From NCBI GenBank assembly GCA_963734535.1, contig CAVTHS010000003.1, positions 192,001 to 256,000 of the forward strand: 64,000 bases of DNA, given 5' to 3'. Shown one piece after another: positions 43,637-53,795 of this stretch (position 1 is the first letter of the stretch; each line of letters starts with the position of its first letter). A model generated the notes under the pieces. That model was not told where the DNA came from, made no database searches, and saw nothing but the letters and a program-made list of their open reading frames with translations. Source of the DNA: an uncultured Chloroflexia bacterium (lineage in GTDB: Bacteria > Chloroflexota > Limnocylindria > Limnocylindrales > CSP1-4). The translations under genes were made by a program, and so were the position numbers.

Positions 43637-44821
43637 ATGGCCATCTACCTCGACCACGCGGCCACCACGCCGCTCCGCCACGAAGCGCTCGAGGCGATGC
43701 TCCCGTACCTTGGCGGCGCGTTCGGCAACCCGTCGTCCGCCCACTCGTTCGGACGCGCCGCCCGCAACGCGCTCGACGAGGCGCACGAGCGGCTGGCGAC
43801 GGCGCTGGGCGGCACCGCCCGCGAGATCGTGGTCACCTCCGGGGGAACCGAGGCCAACAACCTCGCGATCAAGGGGGCCGCATGGGCAGGCAAGGCGCGC
43901 GGCCATCGCCTGGTCACGAGTGCCGTGGAACACCACGCCGTCGGCCACACGATGCGGCACCTCGAGAAGTTCGGCTTCGAGGTCGTCGAGGTGCGGGTCG
44001 ACCGCCAGGGCCGCGTGGATCCCGACGAGCTGGACGCCGCGATCGACGATCGGACCATCCTGGTCTCGGTGATGCTCGCCAACAACGAGGTCGGCACGCT
44101 CCAACCGATCCGCGAGATCGCCGAACGGGTCCGGGCGCGGCGCGGCATCCTCCTCCACGTCGACGCCGTCCAGGCCGCCCCGACGCTCGATCTCGACGTG
44201 GGCGAGCTCGGGGCGGACCTCGTCACGATCTCGGCCCACAAGTTCGAGGGCCCCAAGGGCATCGGCGCGCTCTGGATCCGGCGCGGCACGCAGCTCATCG
44301 CGCAGCTCCACGGGGGAAGCCAGGAGCGGCACCGGCGGGCAGGCACCGAGAACGTTGCCGGTACCGTGGGCATGGCCGTCGCCTACGAGTGTGCCTGCGC
44401 GGACCGCCCCACGACCGCGATCCGGCTGCGCGCCCTGCGCTCGCGGCTTGCGGCCGCCTGCCTCGCGGTCGACGGCGTCGAGGTGACGGGCCACCCGACG
44501 GAGCGCCTTCCCGGTCTTCTCTCCCTGCGTGTGCAGGGCGCCGACGGCGTGGCGATCAGCGTCGCGCTCGACCTCGACGGGATCGCCGCCTCCACCGGGT
44601 CCGCCTGTTCGACGGGTTCTCCCGAGCCGTCTCACGTCCTCACCGCGATGGGCTACACGGACGCGGAGGCGCTCGGCGCGCTGCGCCTCTCGCTGGGCCG
44701 CGCGACCACGGACGCGGAGGTGAGCGAGGCGTGCCTCGTGGTGCCTCGGGTGATCGCCGAGATTCGCGCCGGATCGGTCGAACAGGCCGCGGATCCGCTC
44801 GGTGTACGGCTGGGGGCCTGA
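43637..44821 (+). CDS. iscS: Cysteine desulfurase
   Basis: YLDHAATTP, GNPSS, TSGGTEANN, SAHKF.GPKG, STGSAC. Confidence 0.95.
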   Translation: MAIYLDHAATTPLRHEALEAMLPYLGGAFGNPSSAHSFGRAARNALDEAHERLATALGGTAREIVVTSGGTEANNLAIKGAAWAGKARGHRLVTSAVEHHAVGHTMRHLEKFGFEVVEVRVDRQGRVDPDELDAAIDDRTILVSVMLANNEVGTLQPIREIAERVRARRGILLHVDAVQAAPTLDLDVGELGADLVTISAHKFEGPKGIGALWIRRGTQLIAQLHGGSQERHRRAGTENVAGTVGMAVAYECACADRPTTAIRLRALRSRLAAACLAVDGVEVTGHPTERLPGLLSLRVQGADGVAISVALDLDGIAASTGSACSTGSPEPSHVLTAMGYTDAEALGALRLSLGRATTDAEVSEACLVVPRVIAEIRAGSVEQAADPLGVRLGA

Positions 44822-44827
44822 GGCGCC

Positions 44828-45994
44828 GTGGCGCGCGTGCTCGTCGCGATGTCGGGCGGGGTGGACAGCTCCGTCGCCGCGGCGCTCGTGGCCGAGGCGG
44901 GGCACGACGTCGTCGGCGTGTGGATGCGCGTCCACGACGGAGCGGACGCATACTCGGAGCTGAAGAAGAGCTGCTGCTCGGCCGACGCGGCGGAGGACGC
45001 CCGGCGGGTGGCGGCACAGCTCGACGTCCCGTTCTACATCCTGAACCTGGAGCGGGAGTTCGAGGCGGGCGTCATCCGGCCGTTCCTCGCCGCGTACCTC
45101 GGCGGCGAGACGCCCAGCCCATGCGTCGACTGCAACAGCTACGTCAAGTTCGGGGCGCTCCTGGGGCGCGCACGCCGGCTCTACGGGTGCGATGCGGTGG
45201 CGACGGGGCACTACGCCCGCCGCGACACCGTGGCGGGCCCCGACGGCAGTCCCGTCCACCGGCTGCGGCGCGGCGCCGACCGGGCGAAGGACCAGGCCTA
45301 CTTCCTCTACGGCCTGCGCCAGGACCAGCTGGCGCATGCCTGGTTCCCGCTCGGCGAGCTGACGAAGGCGGAGGTCCGAGACCTTGCCCGGGAGCGCGGG
45401 CTGGCGACCGCGGAGAAGCCCGAGAGCATGGAGATCTGCTTTGTACCGACGGGTGACCCTCGCGACGCCTTGCGGGCGCGGACCGCCTGGCTGCCGGTCT
45501 CGGGCCCGGCGCTCGACGCGGAGGACGGACGGGTCGTCGGTTCGCACCAGGGCGCGGCTGGCTTCACGGTCGGGCAGCGTCGCGGACTGGGCATCGCCCT
45601 CGGCGAGCCCCGCTACGTGAGCCGGGTGGACCCGGGGGCGAACACGATCGTCCTGGCACGCCGTGCCGACCTCGAGACGCGCCGCTTCGCGATCGCCGAC
45701 GTGACGTTCCCGGCGGGACGGCCGCCCACCCCCGACGGCGGGTCGTTCGCCGCCCGCGCCCAGGTCCGCCACCGCGCGGAGGCGGTCCGGGCAACGGTAA
45801 GCCCGGCGGCCGACGCCCTCGGCGCGGCACAGTCCGGAGCCGGGGGTGCGCCATCCGGCAACGGGGCGCGCTGGGTCGTGGAGACCGAGGTCCCCGTGTG
45901 GGCCGCAGCGCCGGGCCAGGCGTGCGTCCTCTACGATCCCGATGACCCGGACCTCGTGGTGGGCGGCGGCCGGATCGTGCGCGACGACGGGTAG
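44828..45994 (+). CDS. mnmA: tRNA 2-thiouridylase
   Basis: [41 protein letters not shown]. Confidence 0.96.
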   Translation: MARVLVAMSGGVDSSVAAALVAEAGHDVVGVWMRVHDGADAYSELKKSCCSADAAEDARRVAAQLDVPFYILNLEREFEAGVIRPFLAAYLGGETPSPCVDCNSYVKFGALLGRARRLYGCDAVATGHYARRDTVAGPDGSPVHRLRRGADRAKDQAYFLYGLRQDQLAHAWFPLGELTKAEVRDLARERGLATAEKPESMEICFVPTGDPRDALRARTAWLPVSGPALDAEDGRVVGSHQGAAGFTVGQRRGLGIALGEPRYVSRVDPGANTIVLARRADLETRRFAIADVTFPAGRPPTPDGGSFAARAQVRHRAEAVRATVSPAADALGAAQSGAGGAPSGNGARWVVETEVPVWAAAPGQACVLYDPDDPDLVVGGGRIVRDDG

Positions 45995-46004
45995 GGGAGG
46001 GGAC

Positions 46005-46310
46005 GTGCCGGAGATCGGGCCCTCGCTCGTCCTCGCGGTTCTGCTCGGGATCTTCTGGACCGCGGCGGCCGTGCTCGTCCGTGGCGCTGCCGGTGCCCGT
46101 CTGCCGTTCGTGATCCTGCTCGCGATCACGGGTGCGTGGGCCGGAGACGCAGTCGGCGGCCGAATCGGCGGCCCGTTCGATCTCCTGCGGATCGGCGACT
46201 TCCGGCTGCTGCCGGCCTCGCTCGGCGCGCTCGGCGGGATCCTCCTCGTGGTCCTCGTCTCCGTCCTCGGGCCGACACGGGCCGAAAGCGGTCCGGGACC
46301 GGATCGATGA
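46005..46310 (+). CDS. Small membrane protein
   Basis: Three hydrophobic segments; GGAGG RBS. Confidence 0.7.
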   Translation: MPEIGPSLVLAVLLGIFWTAAAVLVRGAAGARLPFVILLAITGAWAGDAVGGRIGGPFDLLRIGDFRLLPASLGALGGILLVVLVSVLGPTRAESGPGPDR

Positions 46311-46576
46311 GCCGCTGGTCCCCGGACAAACGCCCATCGCGGGATCGGCGATCGGGCGATGACGACCCGTTGGCGGACTTCGTCCGCGGCGCGACCGTCG
46401 GTGCGTTCGTGGGCGCGGCGATCGCCGGCTCGGCGGCCTGGCACCGCGTTCGGAAGCGCGTCGCGGCCGGGCGCGCGGGCTCCGCGGCCCAGCCGGCGGA
46501 CACGGCAGCCGTGGCAGAGACGTCAGCCGTGCCAGGGCCGCCCGCCCACGGTCACGTCGAGGTGCGCGGCCGCTAG
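46307..46576 (+). CDS. Small hypothetical protein with Gly-zipper helix
   Basis: ATGA overlap; FVRGATVGAFVGAAIAGS. Confidence 0.55.
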   Translation: MSRWSPDKRPSRDRRSGDDDPLADFVRGATVGAFVGAAIAGSAAWHRVRKRVAAGRAGSAAQPADTAAVAETSAVPGPPAHGHVEVRGR

Positions 46577-46631
46577 GCAGACAGGGACGCGGCCCGGGTC
46601 GACCCGGCGGGACGCGGGCCGCCGCCGATTC

Positions 46632-47123
46632 CTAGTTGCAGATCACCTTGCCTTCAACGGACTTGCCGGTCTCGGAATCGCTGCCGTTGAACGTCCAGGC
46701 ATGCGCGCTCGCGAACGAGATGCTGGCATTCAGGTCGGGCGCCTTCCACGTGACGCCGTCCATGACGCCCGAGGCCTCCGGCATGGTCGGCGGCGTGGAG
46801 TGCAGCCAGGCGAAGCTGGCCGAGTCGGAACCGTCGCGGCCGTCGACCTTGACGTTGATCGTCCCGTCAGCGATCGTCCCGTCGACCGCACAGGTCGCCG
46901 GATAGGTCTTCTCCTTCCCGTCGAGCGTCACGGTGATCGTCTCGGCCTGGCCGGAACCGCCGACCGCTGGCGAAGCGGCATCCTCCGTGGGTGTCGCCGC
47001 AACGCCGGCCGGGCTGGGTGAGGCGCCCTGACCTCCGCCGCTTGCCGGGGCCGGGGTCGAGCCGCCCCCGCATCCCGCCATGACGCCCGCCACCAGGAGA
47101 GCGACGCCGATTCTCCGAAACAC
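46632..47123 (-). CDS. Putative lipoprotein
   Basis: GGAGG RBS, RRIGVALLVAGVMAG-C lipobox, S/T/P/G linker, beta-rich domain with two Cys. Confidence 0.75.
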   Translation of the reverse strand: MFRRIGVALLVAGVMAGCGGGSTPAPASGGGQGASPSPAGVAATPTEDAASPAVGGSGQAETITVTLDGKEKTYPATCAVDGTIADGTINVKVDGRDGSDSASFAWLHSTPPTMPEASGVMDGVTWKAPDLNASISFASAHAWTFNGSDSETGKSVEGKVICN

Positions 47124-47290
47124 GTGAACCTCCGTCCCGGGTCCGTCCACGGACACCCCCGCGGCCAACCCCCCACGACAGGCTGATGATAGGCGGATCG
47201 CGGGACGTTCCGGGGGTCCCCGGCCCCCGTCGCAGATGACCCGCGGCACGGGTCGGGATCGCCGCGCGGCGTTCGCTACCATTACGCTCG

Positions 47291-50056
47291 ATGCCGACCC
47301 CGCCCGACATGCCCGATCGCGACCCCCGGATTGCGCCGCTCCCCGCGGCCGAGGTGCGCCGTCGGTTCCTCGCGTTCTTCGCCGCCCGGGGCCACACGGT
47401 GGTGCCGAGCGCGAGCCTCGTGCCGGCCGGCGACCAGACGCTCCTCTTCACGAACTCGGGCATGGTCCAGTTCAAGGAGGTCTTCACCGGCGTCGACAAG
47501 CGCAGCTACACGCGCGCCGTCGACGTCCAGCGCTGCCTGCGCGTGGCCGGCAAGCACAACGACTTCGAGGAGGTGGGTCGCTCGCCGCGCCACCACACGC
47601 TCTTCGAGATGATGGGCAACTGGAGCTTCGGCGACTACTTCAAGCGCGAGGCGATCCACTGGGCCTGGGAGTTCCTCACCGTCGAGATGGGAATCCCGGG
47701 CGAACGCCTGGCCGCCACGACCTACACGGACGACGAGGTTGCCTGGGCGATCTGGCGCGACGAGATCGGCCTGCCGCCCGAGCGGATGGCACGCTGGGGG
47801 AACGTCGAGGCCGGCGACGACAAGAACTTCTGGCGGATGGCCGAGACCGGGCCGTGCGGCCCGTGCAGCGAGGTTCATTACGACCGGGGCGCCCACCTCT
47901 CCGAGGGTCCCGAGTGCGTGCCGGACCACTCCGAGACGTGCCCGCGCTGGACGGAGATCTGGAACCTCGTGTTCCTGGAGTTCGACCAGCTGCCCGACGG
48001 CGCGCGCGTCCCGCTCCCGTTCACGAGCGTCGACACCGGACTCGGGCTGGAGCGCCTCGCGACCGTGCTCCAGGGCGTGCTCTCCAACTACGACACGGAC
48101 CTGTTCACGCCGATCCACGAGACGCTGCGACGGCTCCTGGGGCACGATCCCGAGATCTTCGAGGCCGAGCGCTTCAGCTACCAGGTGATCGCGGACCACA
48201 GCCGGGCGATGACGTTCCTGATCGCCGACGGGGTCCTCCCCGCGAACGAGGGCCGGGGTTACGTCCTGCGCCGGATCATCCGCCGCGCCGTCCGCCACGG
48301 CCGGCTCCTCGGGCGGCGCGAGCCGTTCCTCGTCGAGACCGCGGCCACGGTCGTCGAGGTGATGGGCGAGGCGTACCCGCTGCTGCGTGACGAACGCGCA
48401 CGCATCCTCGCCGCCATCTCGCGCGAGGAGGTGCAGTTCGCCCGGACGCTCGACGCCGGGACGGCCCAGCTCGAGGAGGCGCTCATTCCCCTGACAGACG
48501 CCGAGCGCGTGGTTGGCCGCCGGCCCGAGGACGTCGCACCCGACGCGCCGGTGCTGGCGGGCGGCTTCGCGTTCCGGCTCCACGACACGTACGGCTTCCC
48601 GATCGACCTCACGATCGAGCTCGCCGCCGAGCATGGCGTTCGCGTGGACCGCGCCGGCTTCGAGGTCGCGCTCGCCGAGCAGCGCGAGCGCAGCCGGGGC
48701 GGCCGCAAGGCCGAGCTGGCGCGGCACGCCCAGCTGACGGCGCAATACGAGGAGATCCTGCGCCGGGCGGGGGCGACGAGGTTCGACGGCTACGAGACGA
48801 CCACGGCAGAGGGCCGCGTGCTTGCGATCCTCCGCAACGGCACGGCGTACGACGAGCTCACCGGCTCCGGCGAGGCGGAGGTGATCCTGGACCGCACGCC
48901 GTTCTACGCGGAGGGCGGCGGGCAGGTCGGCGACGTCGGCGAGCTTCGCGAAGCGGGCGGCGGCTCGCCGCTCTTCGCGGTCGAGGAGACGTTCCGGCCG
49001 GCCGGGTCCCTCGTCGTCCACCGCGGAACCCTTCACGGCCGCATTCGTGTCGGCGAGACCGTGAGCGCCGTGGTCGACGCGGAGCGCCGGGCCCGCACGA
49101 TGCGCAACCATACCGGCACGCACCTGCTCCACCGCGCCCTGCGCAACGTCGCGGGGCCCGCGGCGCGGCAGGCCGGCTCGCTCGTCTCGCCCGACTACCT
49201 GCGGTTCGACTACCCGTTCGAGCGCGCCCTCACGGACGACGAGCGGCGCCGGATCGAGGACGAGGTCCGCCGGGTCATCCGCGAGGATCGCCCGGTGACC
49301 GTAGCCAACCTCGCGATGGCCGCCGCCATCGACGCTGGTGCGGACGCGTTCTTCGACGAGAAGTACGGCGAGACGGTCCGGACCGTGCGCGTCGCGGACT
49401 ACAGCTTCGAGCTCTGCGGCGGAACGCACTGCCGCGCATCCGGCCAGGTCGGAAGCTTCGTGATCACCGCGGACCGGAGCATCGGCTCGGGGATGCGGAG
49501 GATCGAGGCCCTCACCGGCGACGCGGCCGACGATCACCTGCGCGCCCGCGCCGATCTCCTCGAGAACGTCGCGGAGCGCCTCGGCGCGCAGACCGTGGAC
49601 GCCGTGCCGGAACGGATCGCCGCGCTGGAGACGGAGCTCCGCGAGGCGAAACGGCGGTTGCGGGCGGGTGCGGGCGCCGCCCTCCCGAAGCCGGCCGAGC
49701 TCGCGGCGGCGGCGCGGGAGGTCGCGCCCGGCGTCCGGCTGGTCCTGCATGCGGCCCCATGGACCTCGATCGAGGAGCTCAAGGCGGCCGCCAAGGAGAC
49801 CCGCGGCCTCCTGCCCTCGGGCGTGATCGCGCTCGGGCTCGATGCGGACGAGCCGCAGCTCTTCGTGGGCGTCTCGGACGACCTCGTGGCGCGAGGCGTC
49901 GCGGCCGGGGACCTCGTTCGGGCTGCGATGGCGCACCTCGACGGGAAGGGCGGCGGTCGACCCGAGATGGCCCAGGGCCGCGGCTCGCGGCGCGACGGCC
50001 TTCCCGCCGCGCTGGAGGCGATCGGCGCGGCGCTCGCCGCGATCGGCGGCGGCTAA
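47291..50056 (+). CDS. alaS: Alanyl-tRNA synthetase
   Basis: LLFTNSGMVQFK, HHTLFEM.GNWSFGDYFK, GPCGPCSE, NHTGTHLLH, ELCGGTH, GKGGG. Confidence 0.98.
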   Translation: MPTPPDMPDRDPRIAPLPAAEVRRRFLAFFAARGHTVVPSASLVPAGDQTLLFTNSGMVQFKEVFTGVDKRSYTRAVDVQRCLRVAGKHNDFEEVGRSPRHHTLFEMMGNWSFGDYFKREAIHWAWEFLTVEMGIPGERLAATTYTDDEVAWAIWRDEIGLPPERMARWGNVEAGDDKNFWRMAETGPCGPCSEVHYDRGAHLSEGPECVPDHSETCPRWTEIWNLVFLEFDQLPDGARVPLPFTSVDTGLGLERLATVLQGVLSNYDTDLFTPIHETLRRLLGHDPEIFEAERFSYQVIADHSRAMTFLIADGVLPANEGRGYVLRRIIRRAVRHGRLLGRREPFLVETAATVVEVMGEAYPLLRDERARILAAISREEVQFARTLDAGTAQLEEALIPLTDAERVVGRRPEDVAPDAPVLAGGFAFRLHDTYGFPIDLTIELAAEHGVRVDRAGFEVALAEQRERSRGGRKAELARHAQLTAQYEEILRRAGATRFDGYETTTAEGRVLAILRNGTAYDELTGSGEAEVILDRTPFYAEGGGQVGDVGELREAGGGSPLFAVEETFRPAGSLVVHRGTLHGRIRVGETVSAVVDAERRARTMRNHTGTHLLHRALRNVAGPAARQAGSLVSPDYLRFDYPFERALTDDERRRIEDEVRRVIREDRPVTVANLAMAAAIDAGADAFFDEKYGETVRTVRVADYSFELCGGTHCRASGQVGSFVITADRSIGSGMRRIEALTGDAADDHLRARADLLENVAERLGAQTVDAVPERIAALETELREAKRRLRAGAGAALPKPAELAAAAREVAPGVRLVLHAAPWTSIEELKAAAKETRGLLPSGVIALGLDADEPQLFVGVSDDLVARGVAAGDLVRAAMAHLDGKGGGRPEMAQGRGSRRDGLPAALEAIGAALAAIGGG

Positions 50057-50066
50057 GGCCGCGCCG

Positions 50067-51329
50067 ATGGCCTTCCTGCGCCGGTTCTGGCAGCGCGACA
50101 GCAGCGCCCAGCTCGCCGCATGCACCGCGCTCGACATCGGGACCGAGTTCGCGAAGGCGCTCGTCTTCGAGATCGATGCCGAGAGTCGCGGCACGGTGCG
50201 CGGTGTGGGCCGCAAGCGCCAGGGCCTCGCCCACATGCAGTCGGGAACGGTGGCGGACATCGCTGCGGTCGTCGACAACTGTGCCGTCGCACTCCAGGAG
50301 GCCGAGGAGATGGCCGGCTTCCGGCCCACGCAGGTCGTGATCGGGATCGCCGGCGAGCTCGTCAAGGGGTTCACGACGTCGCATACCCAGGAGCGCCGGA
50401 AGCCGGACGTCGCGATCACGGACGCCGAGCTGCAGAAGCTCATCGACGGGGTGCAGCGCGCCGCGCTCATCGAGGCGGAACGGGCGATCACCTGGGAGAC
50501 CGGCCTGCCCAACGTCGACGTGCGGCTGGTCCACGCCGCGGTCACGTCGGCGAGCATCGACGGGTATGCCGTCACGAACCCGGTGGGCTTCCAGGGCCGC
50601 CACGTGAAGATCGGGATCTTCAACGCCTTTGCCCCGCTGGTCCACCTCGGCGCGCTGGAGAGCGTGGCCGCCCAGCTCGACCTGGAGCTGCTCGAGATCG
50701 TCGCCGAGCCGTACGCGGTCGCCCGGGTGCTCGCCTCGGAGCAGGTCCAGCAGGCGGGCGCCCTCTTCGTCGACATCGGGGGCGGCACGACCGACGTCGC
50801 GCTGGTCCGGGCCGGTGGCATCGAGGGAACCCGGATGTTCGCCCTCGCCGGCCGGGCCTTCACGAAATCGCTCGCCGACCGCCTGGACCTGCCGTTCCCG
50901 CGCGCCGAGGCGCTCAAGGTCGACTACGCGCGCGGGCTGGCGATGCCCGAGCACGACGCGATCGCGGAGATCGTGGGCGACGACGTCGCGGTATGGGCCG
51001 CCGGCGTCGAGCTGGTCCTCGACGAGCTCGCCGGGGGCGATCTCCTGCCGGGACGGATCTACCTCTGCGGGGGCGGCTCGCGACTGCCCGAGACCGCGAC
51101 CGCGCTGCGCGATCCCCGTTTCTGGAAGCGCCTGCCGTTCAGCCGGCCGCCGGAGGTCGTGGTGATGCAGCCCGCGATGGTGGAATCGATCACCGACGCC
51201 ACGAAGCTCCTCGTCGACCAGCAGGACGTCACGCCGCTGGGGCTTGCCTACCAGGCGATCGAGCTCCAGGCGGAGCAGGATGCGCTCGACGCCGCCCTCC
51301 GGCGGGTCCTGCGCGCCATGAAGCTGTAG
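50067..51329 (+). CDS. FtsA-like actin-fold ATPase
   Basis: LDIGTEFAK (phosphate 1), AEPYA, VDIGGGTTD (phosphate 2), LCGGGSRL (adenosine); FtsA 1C-like IDGY..TNPVG. Confidence 0.85.
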   Translation: MAFLRRFWQRDSSAQLAACTALDIGTEFAKALVFEIDAESRGTVRGVGRKRQGLAHMQSGTVADIAAVVDNCAVALQEAEEMAGFRPTQVVIGIAGELVKGFTTSHTQERRKPDVAITDAELQKLIDGVQRAALIEAERAITWETGLPNVDVRLVHAAVTSASIDGYAVTNPVGFQGRHVKIGIFNAFAPLVHLGALESVAAQLDLELLEIVAEPYAVARVLASEQVQQAGALFVDIGGGTTDVALVRAGGIEGTRMFALAGRAFTKSLADRLDLPFPRAEALKVDYARGLAMPEHDAIAEIVGDDVAVWAAGVELVLDELAGGDLLPGRIYLCGGGSRLPETATALRDPRFWKRLPFSRPPEVVVMQPAMVESITDATKLLVDQQDVTPLGLAYQAIELQAEQDALDAALRRVLRAMKL

Positions 51330-51339
51330 CGTCGCCACG

Positions 51340-53181
51340 ATGGCCACCTTCTATCTCGACATCGACGACGAGATCACGTCCGCCGCCGCCCGCATCCGCG
51401 GGACCGCGGACCTCGTCGTGGTGCTGGTGCTGCCGGCCGGCTCGCGCATCGCGACCAGCCGGATCAACTTCCGGCTCCTAGCGCGGGAGGCACAGGAGCG
51501 GAGCCGGCGGCTGTCGATCGTGGCGCCCGATGCGGCGGCCCGCGCGCTCGCGGCGACCGCAGGGCTGCCCGTCTTCGCGTCCACGATGGAGTACGAGGCG
51601 TCCCTGCCCGGCCGGCCCGACGGTGGGGATGCGGCCGCAGAGCCGATGCAGCGGGCCACGCCCGCGCCTGGGCTGCCTGCCGCGGGAGCTGCTGCGGGAG
51701 CCCCTGCTGCGGGCGCCACCGGCGCGGGAGCTCCTGCCGGGGGCACGTCCCCCCGGGCGGGCAGCGCGGCTCGCGCGGCAACGACCGTCGCGCCGCCAGC
51801 CCTCACGCCACACGTGCCCGCGTCCGATACGGGGAAGTCCTTCGAAGCGTCACACGCCGGCCCGACCCGCCTGGGCCCGACCACGGGGCTCGGCGCGGAA
51901 CGAGGCCAGGGCGCGGCGCCGCGACCACGCCACCGCCGCCGGACTGCCGTCCTCGTCGGGCTGCTCGTCCTGGCATTCCTCGGTGTCGCAGGGGGCGCGG
52001 CGGCCTACCTGCTCTTGCCCACGGCGTCGATCGTGCTGACCGTCCGGTCTGCGCCGCTTCCACCGGTCACCTTCGTCGTCACGGCTGACCCCGACGTCAC
52101 GGCCCCGGACCCTGCCGCGGCCGTCGTCCCGGCGACTCGCCTGGAGCTCCCGCTCGCGGCGAACGGCACGTTCAAGGCGTCGGGCAAACGGGTCGACGAG
52201 GCGGCCGCCGTCGGCAGCGTGCGTTGGACGAACTGCGATCCGACGCGGTCCTACACGATTCCCCGCGGCACGCTGGTTCGCACCGCGGCGGGCGTCGCGT
52301 TCGCGATCGACGAGGCTGTCTTCCTGCCGGTGGCGATCCTCAACCCCCCGCAGATCACCTGCCAGAACCGGACCGTGACCATCACCGCGTCGAAGGCCGG
52401 CCCGGATTCGAACGTCGCCGCCGGGACGATCTCGGTCATCCCCGGGCAGTACAACAGCGTGGTGATCTCCGTCCGGAACCCGGCCCCGACCAGCGGCGGG
52501 AAACGGGACGAGTTCCCGAAGGTCGTCCAGAAGGACGTCACGGCGGCGCTTGCCGCCCTCGGAAAGCAGATCGACGCGCAGCTCGCGACAGCCGCCGCCG
52601 CACCGGCAGGGCTGCCCGCCGGGAGCACGCCGTTCCCCGAGACGGCGACGCGCGGCGCGGCCACGGCGACCGTGGACCCCGCCACGCTCATCGACCAGGA
52701 GGTCCCGCAGTTCGACCTTGGCGTGACGGCGACCGGGACCGTCGTCACCGTCGACCAGGCACCGATCCTCGCGCTCGGCCAGGCGCGTGTTGCGGCCGCC
52801 GTCCCCGCCGAGCGGGACCTGGTCGCCGGCTCGGCGGTGGTAACCCTCGGACCCGGCACCGTCGACGGGCAGCGCGTTCGCTTCGGCGTGACGGCCCGCG
52901 CCGACACCGCGCCGCGCATCGACGAGGCGGCCCTCCGGACCGAGCTGAAGGGACGCTCGAAGGTGGAGGCCGAGGCGATGCTCGGCCCCCTCGGTGATGC
53001 GACCGTGACGCTCTGGCCCGGCTGGGCGACGACGATCCCGACGTTCGACGCGCGGGTGGACCTGCGCGTGGAAGGGCTTCCCGGCCCGAACGCGACGGCG
53101 TCGCCGGCCGTGACCCCGACCCCGACCCCGGCGCCGACCCCGACCCCGACCCCGGCGCCACCGGCGACGACGGCTCCGTGA
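51340..53181 (+). CDS. Single-TM protein with extracellular baseplate J/gp47-like domain
   Basis: N-terminal YLDIDDEIT domain, A/P linker, RHRRR then TM, IPRGT.V, ITASKAGPDSNV.AGTI, V.NPAPTSGG motifs, PT tail. Confidence 0.7.
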   Translation: MATFYLDIDDEITSAAARIRGTADLVVVLVLPAGSRIATSRINFRLLAREAQERSRRLSIVAPDAAARALAATAGLPVFASTMEYEASLPGRPDGGDAAAEPMQRATPAPGLPAAGAAAGAPAAGATGAGAPAGGTSPRAGSAARAATTVAPPALTPHVPASDTGKSFEASHAGPTRLGPTTGLGAERGQGAAPRPRHRRRTAVLVGLLVLAFLGVAGGAAAYLLLPTASIVLTVRSAPLPPVTFVVTADPDVTAPDPAAAVVPATRLELPLAANGTFKASGKRVDEAAAVGSVRWTNCDPTRSYTIPRGTLVRTAAGVAFAIDEAVFLPVAILNPPQITCQNRTVTITASKAGPDSNVAAGTISVIPGQYNSVVISVRNPAPTSGGKRDEFPKVVQKDVTAALAALGKQIDAQLATAAAAPAGLPAGSTPFPETATRGAATATVDPATLIDQEVPQFDLGVTATGTVVTVDQAPILALGQARVAAAVPAERDLVAGSAVVTLGPGTVDGQRVRFGVTARADTAPRIDEAALRTELKGRSKVEAEAMLGPLGDATVTLWPGWATTIPTFDARVDLRVEGLPGPNATASPAVTPTPTPAPTPTPTPAPPATTAP

Positions 53182-53795
53182 GGCGGCTCCTCGGGATCGA
53201 CCTCGGAACGCGACGGATCGGACTGGCAATCGCCGAGGCCGGTGCGCTCCGCGCGCGCCCGCTCGCGACGCTCGGCCGTGGCCGCTCGATCGACGCCGAC
53301 ACAGACGCGGTCGGTCAGGTGGCAGCCGCCAACGGCATCGGGGAGCTGGTCGTGGGCCTGCCCCTGGACATGTCCGGGGAGGAAGGGCCGGCAGCCCTCG
53401 CCGCCCGGCAGTGGGCGGTCGCGATCGCGGACGCCACGGGCCTGCCCGTCACGCTGCGCGACGAGCGCCTCTCCAGCCACGTGGCGGAGGGCCGCGTCGG
53501 TCGGGCGAAGCGCGGGCCCTCCGGAGGCCCGCCCGGCCCGGTCCGTCGGGCGGCGAATCGGGCCCGGATCGATCGCGAGGCGGCGGGCGTGATCCTCGAG
53601 GACGAGCTCGCGGCCCGGGAGCTGGGGCTGCCCGGGGAGCGGATCGTGGCGGCGGACGCCCGGGGGGATCGCTCGGGCCGCGCTCCGGCGGAGTCGGGTA
53701 CCCTTGGGGTGCATCCGGACGACGCCGAAGGCCATGCCCGCGGTCCCTCCCGGTCTCCCGGGACCGGGCCTGGCCCCCACGAGGAAACCCGATGA
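53178..53795 (+). CDS. ruvX: RuvX/YqgF pre-16S rRNA nuclease
   Basis: LGIDLGTRRIGLA, VVGLPL, DERLSS, ID..AA..IL. Confidence 0.92.
   Translation: MRRLLGIDLGTRRIGLAIAEAGALRARPLATLGRGRSIDADTDAVGQVAAANGIGELVVGLPLDMSGEEGPAALAARQWAVAIADATGLPVTLRDERLSSHVAEGRVGRAKRGPSGGPPGPVRRAANRARIDREAAGVILEDELAARELGLPGERIVAADARGDRSGRAPAESGTLGVHPDDAEGHARGPSRSPGTGPGPHEETR

Noticed and set aside
47282-50917. Very long antisense or alternate-frame ORFs (e.g. 1211 aa here, 14610-17186, 59164-62376, 39670-42573)
   Set aside because: Shadow ORFs from high GC and codon bias; they have no motifs and overlap well-supported genes
53110-53162. (CCGACC)n repeats here and near 13550-13660 as CRISPR or VNTR arrays
   Set aside because: They encode Pro/Thr linkers within genes and have no unique spacers
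51340-53181. Baseplate-J-like gene as evidence of a prophage or contractile injection system
   Set aside because: No sheath, tube, spike, capsid or other baseplate genes; the protein has a TM anchor and sits in a housekeeping operon
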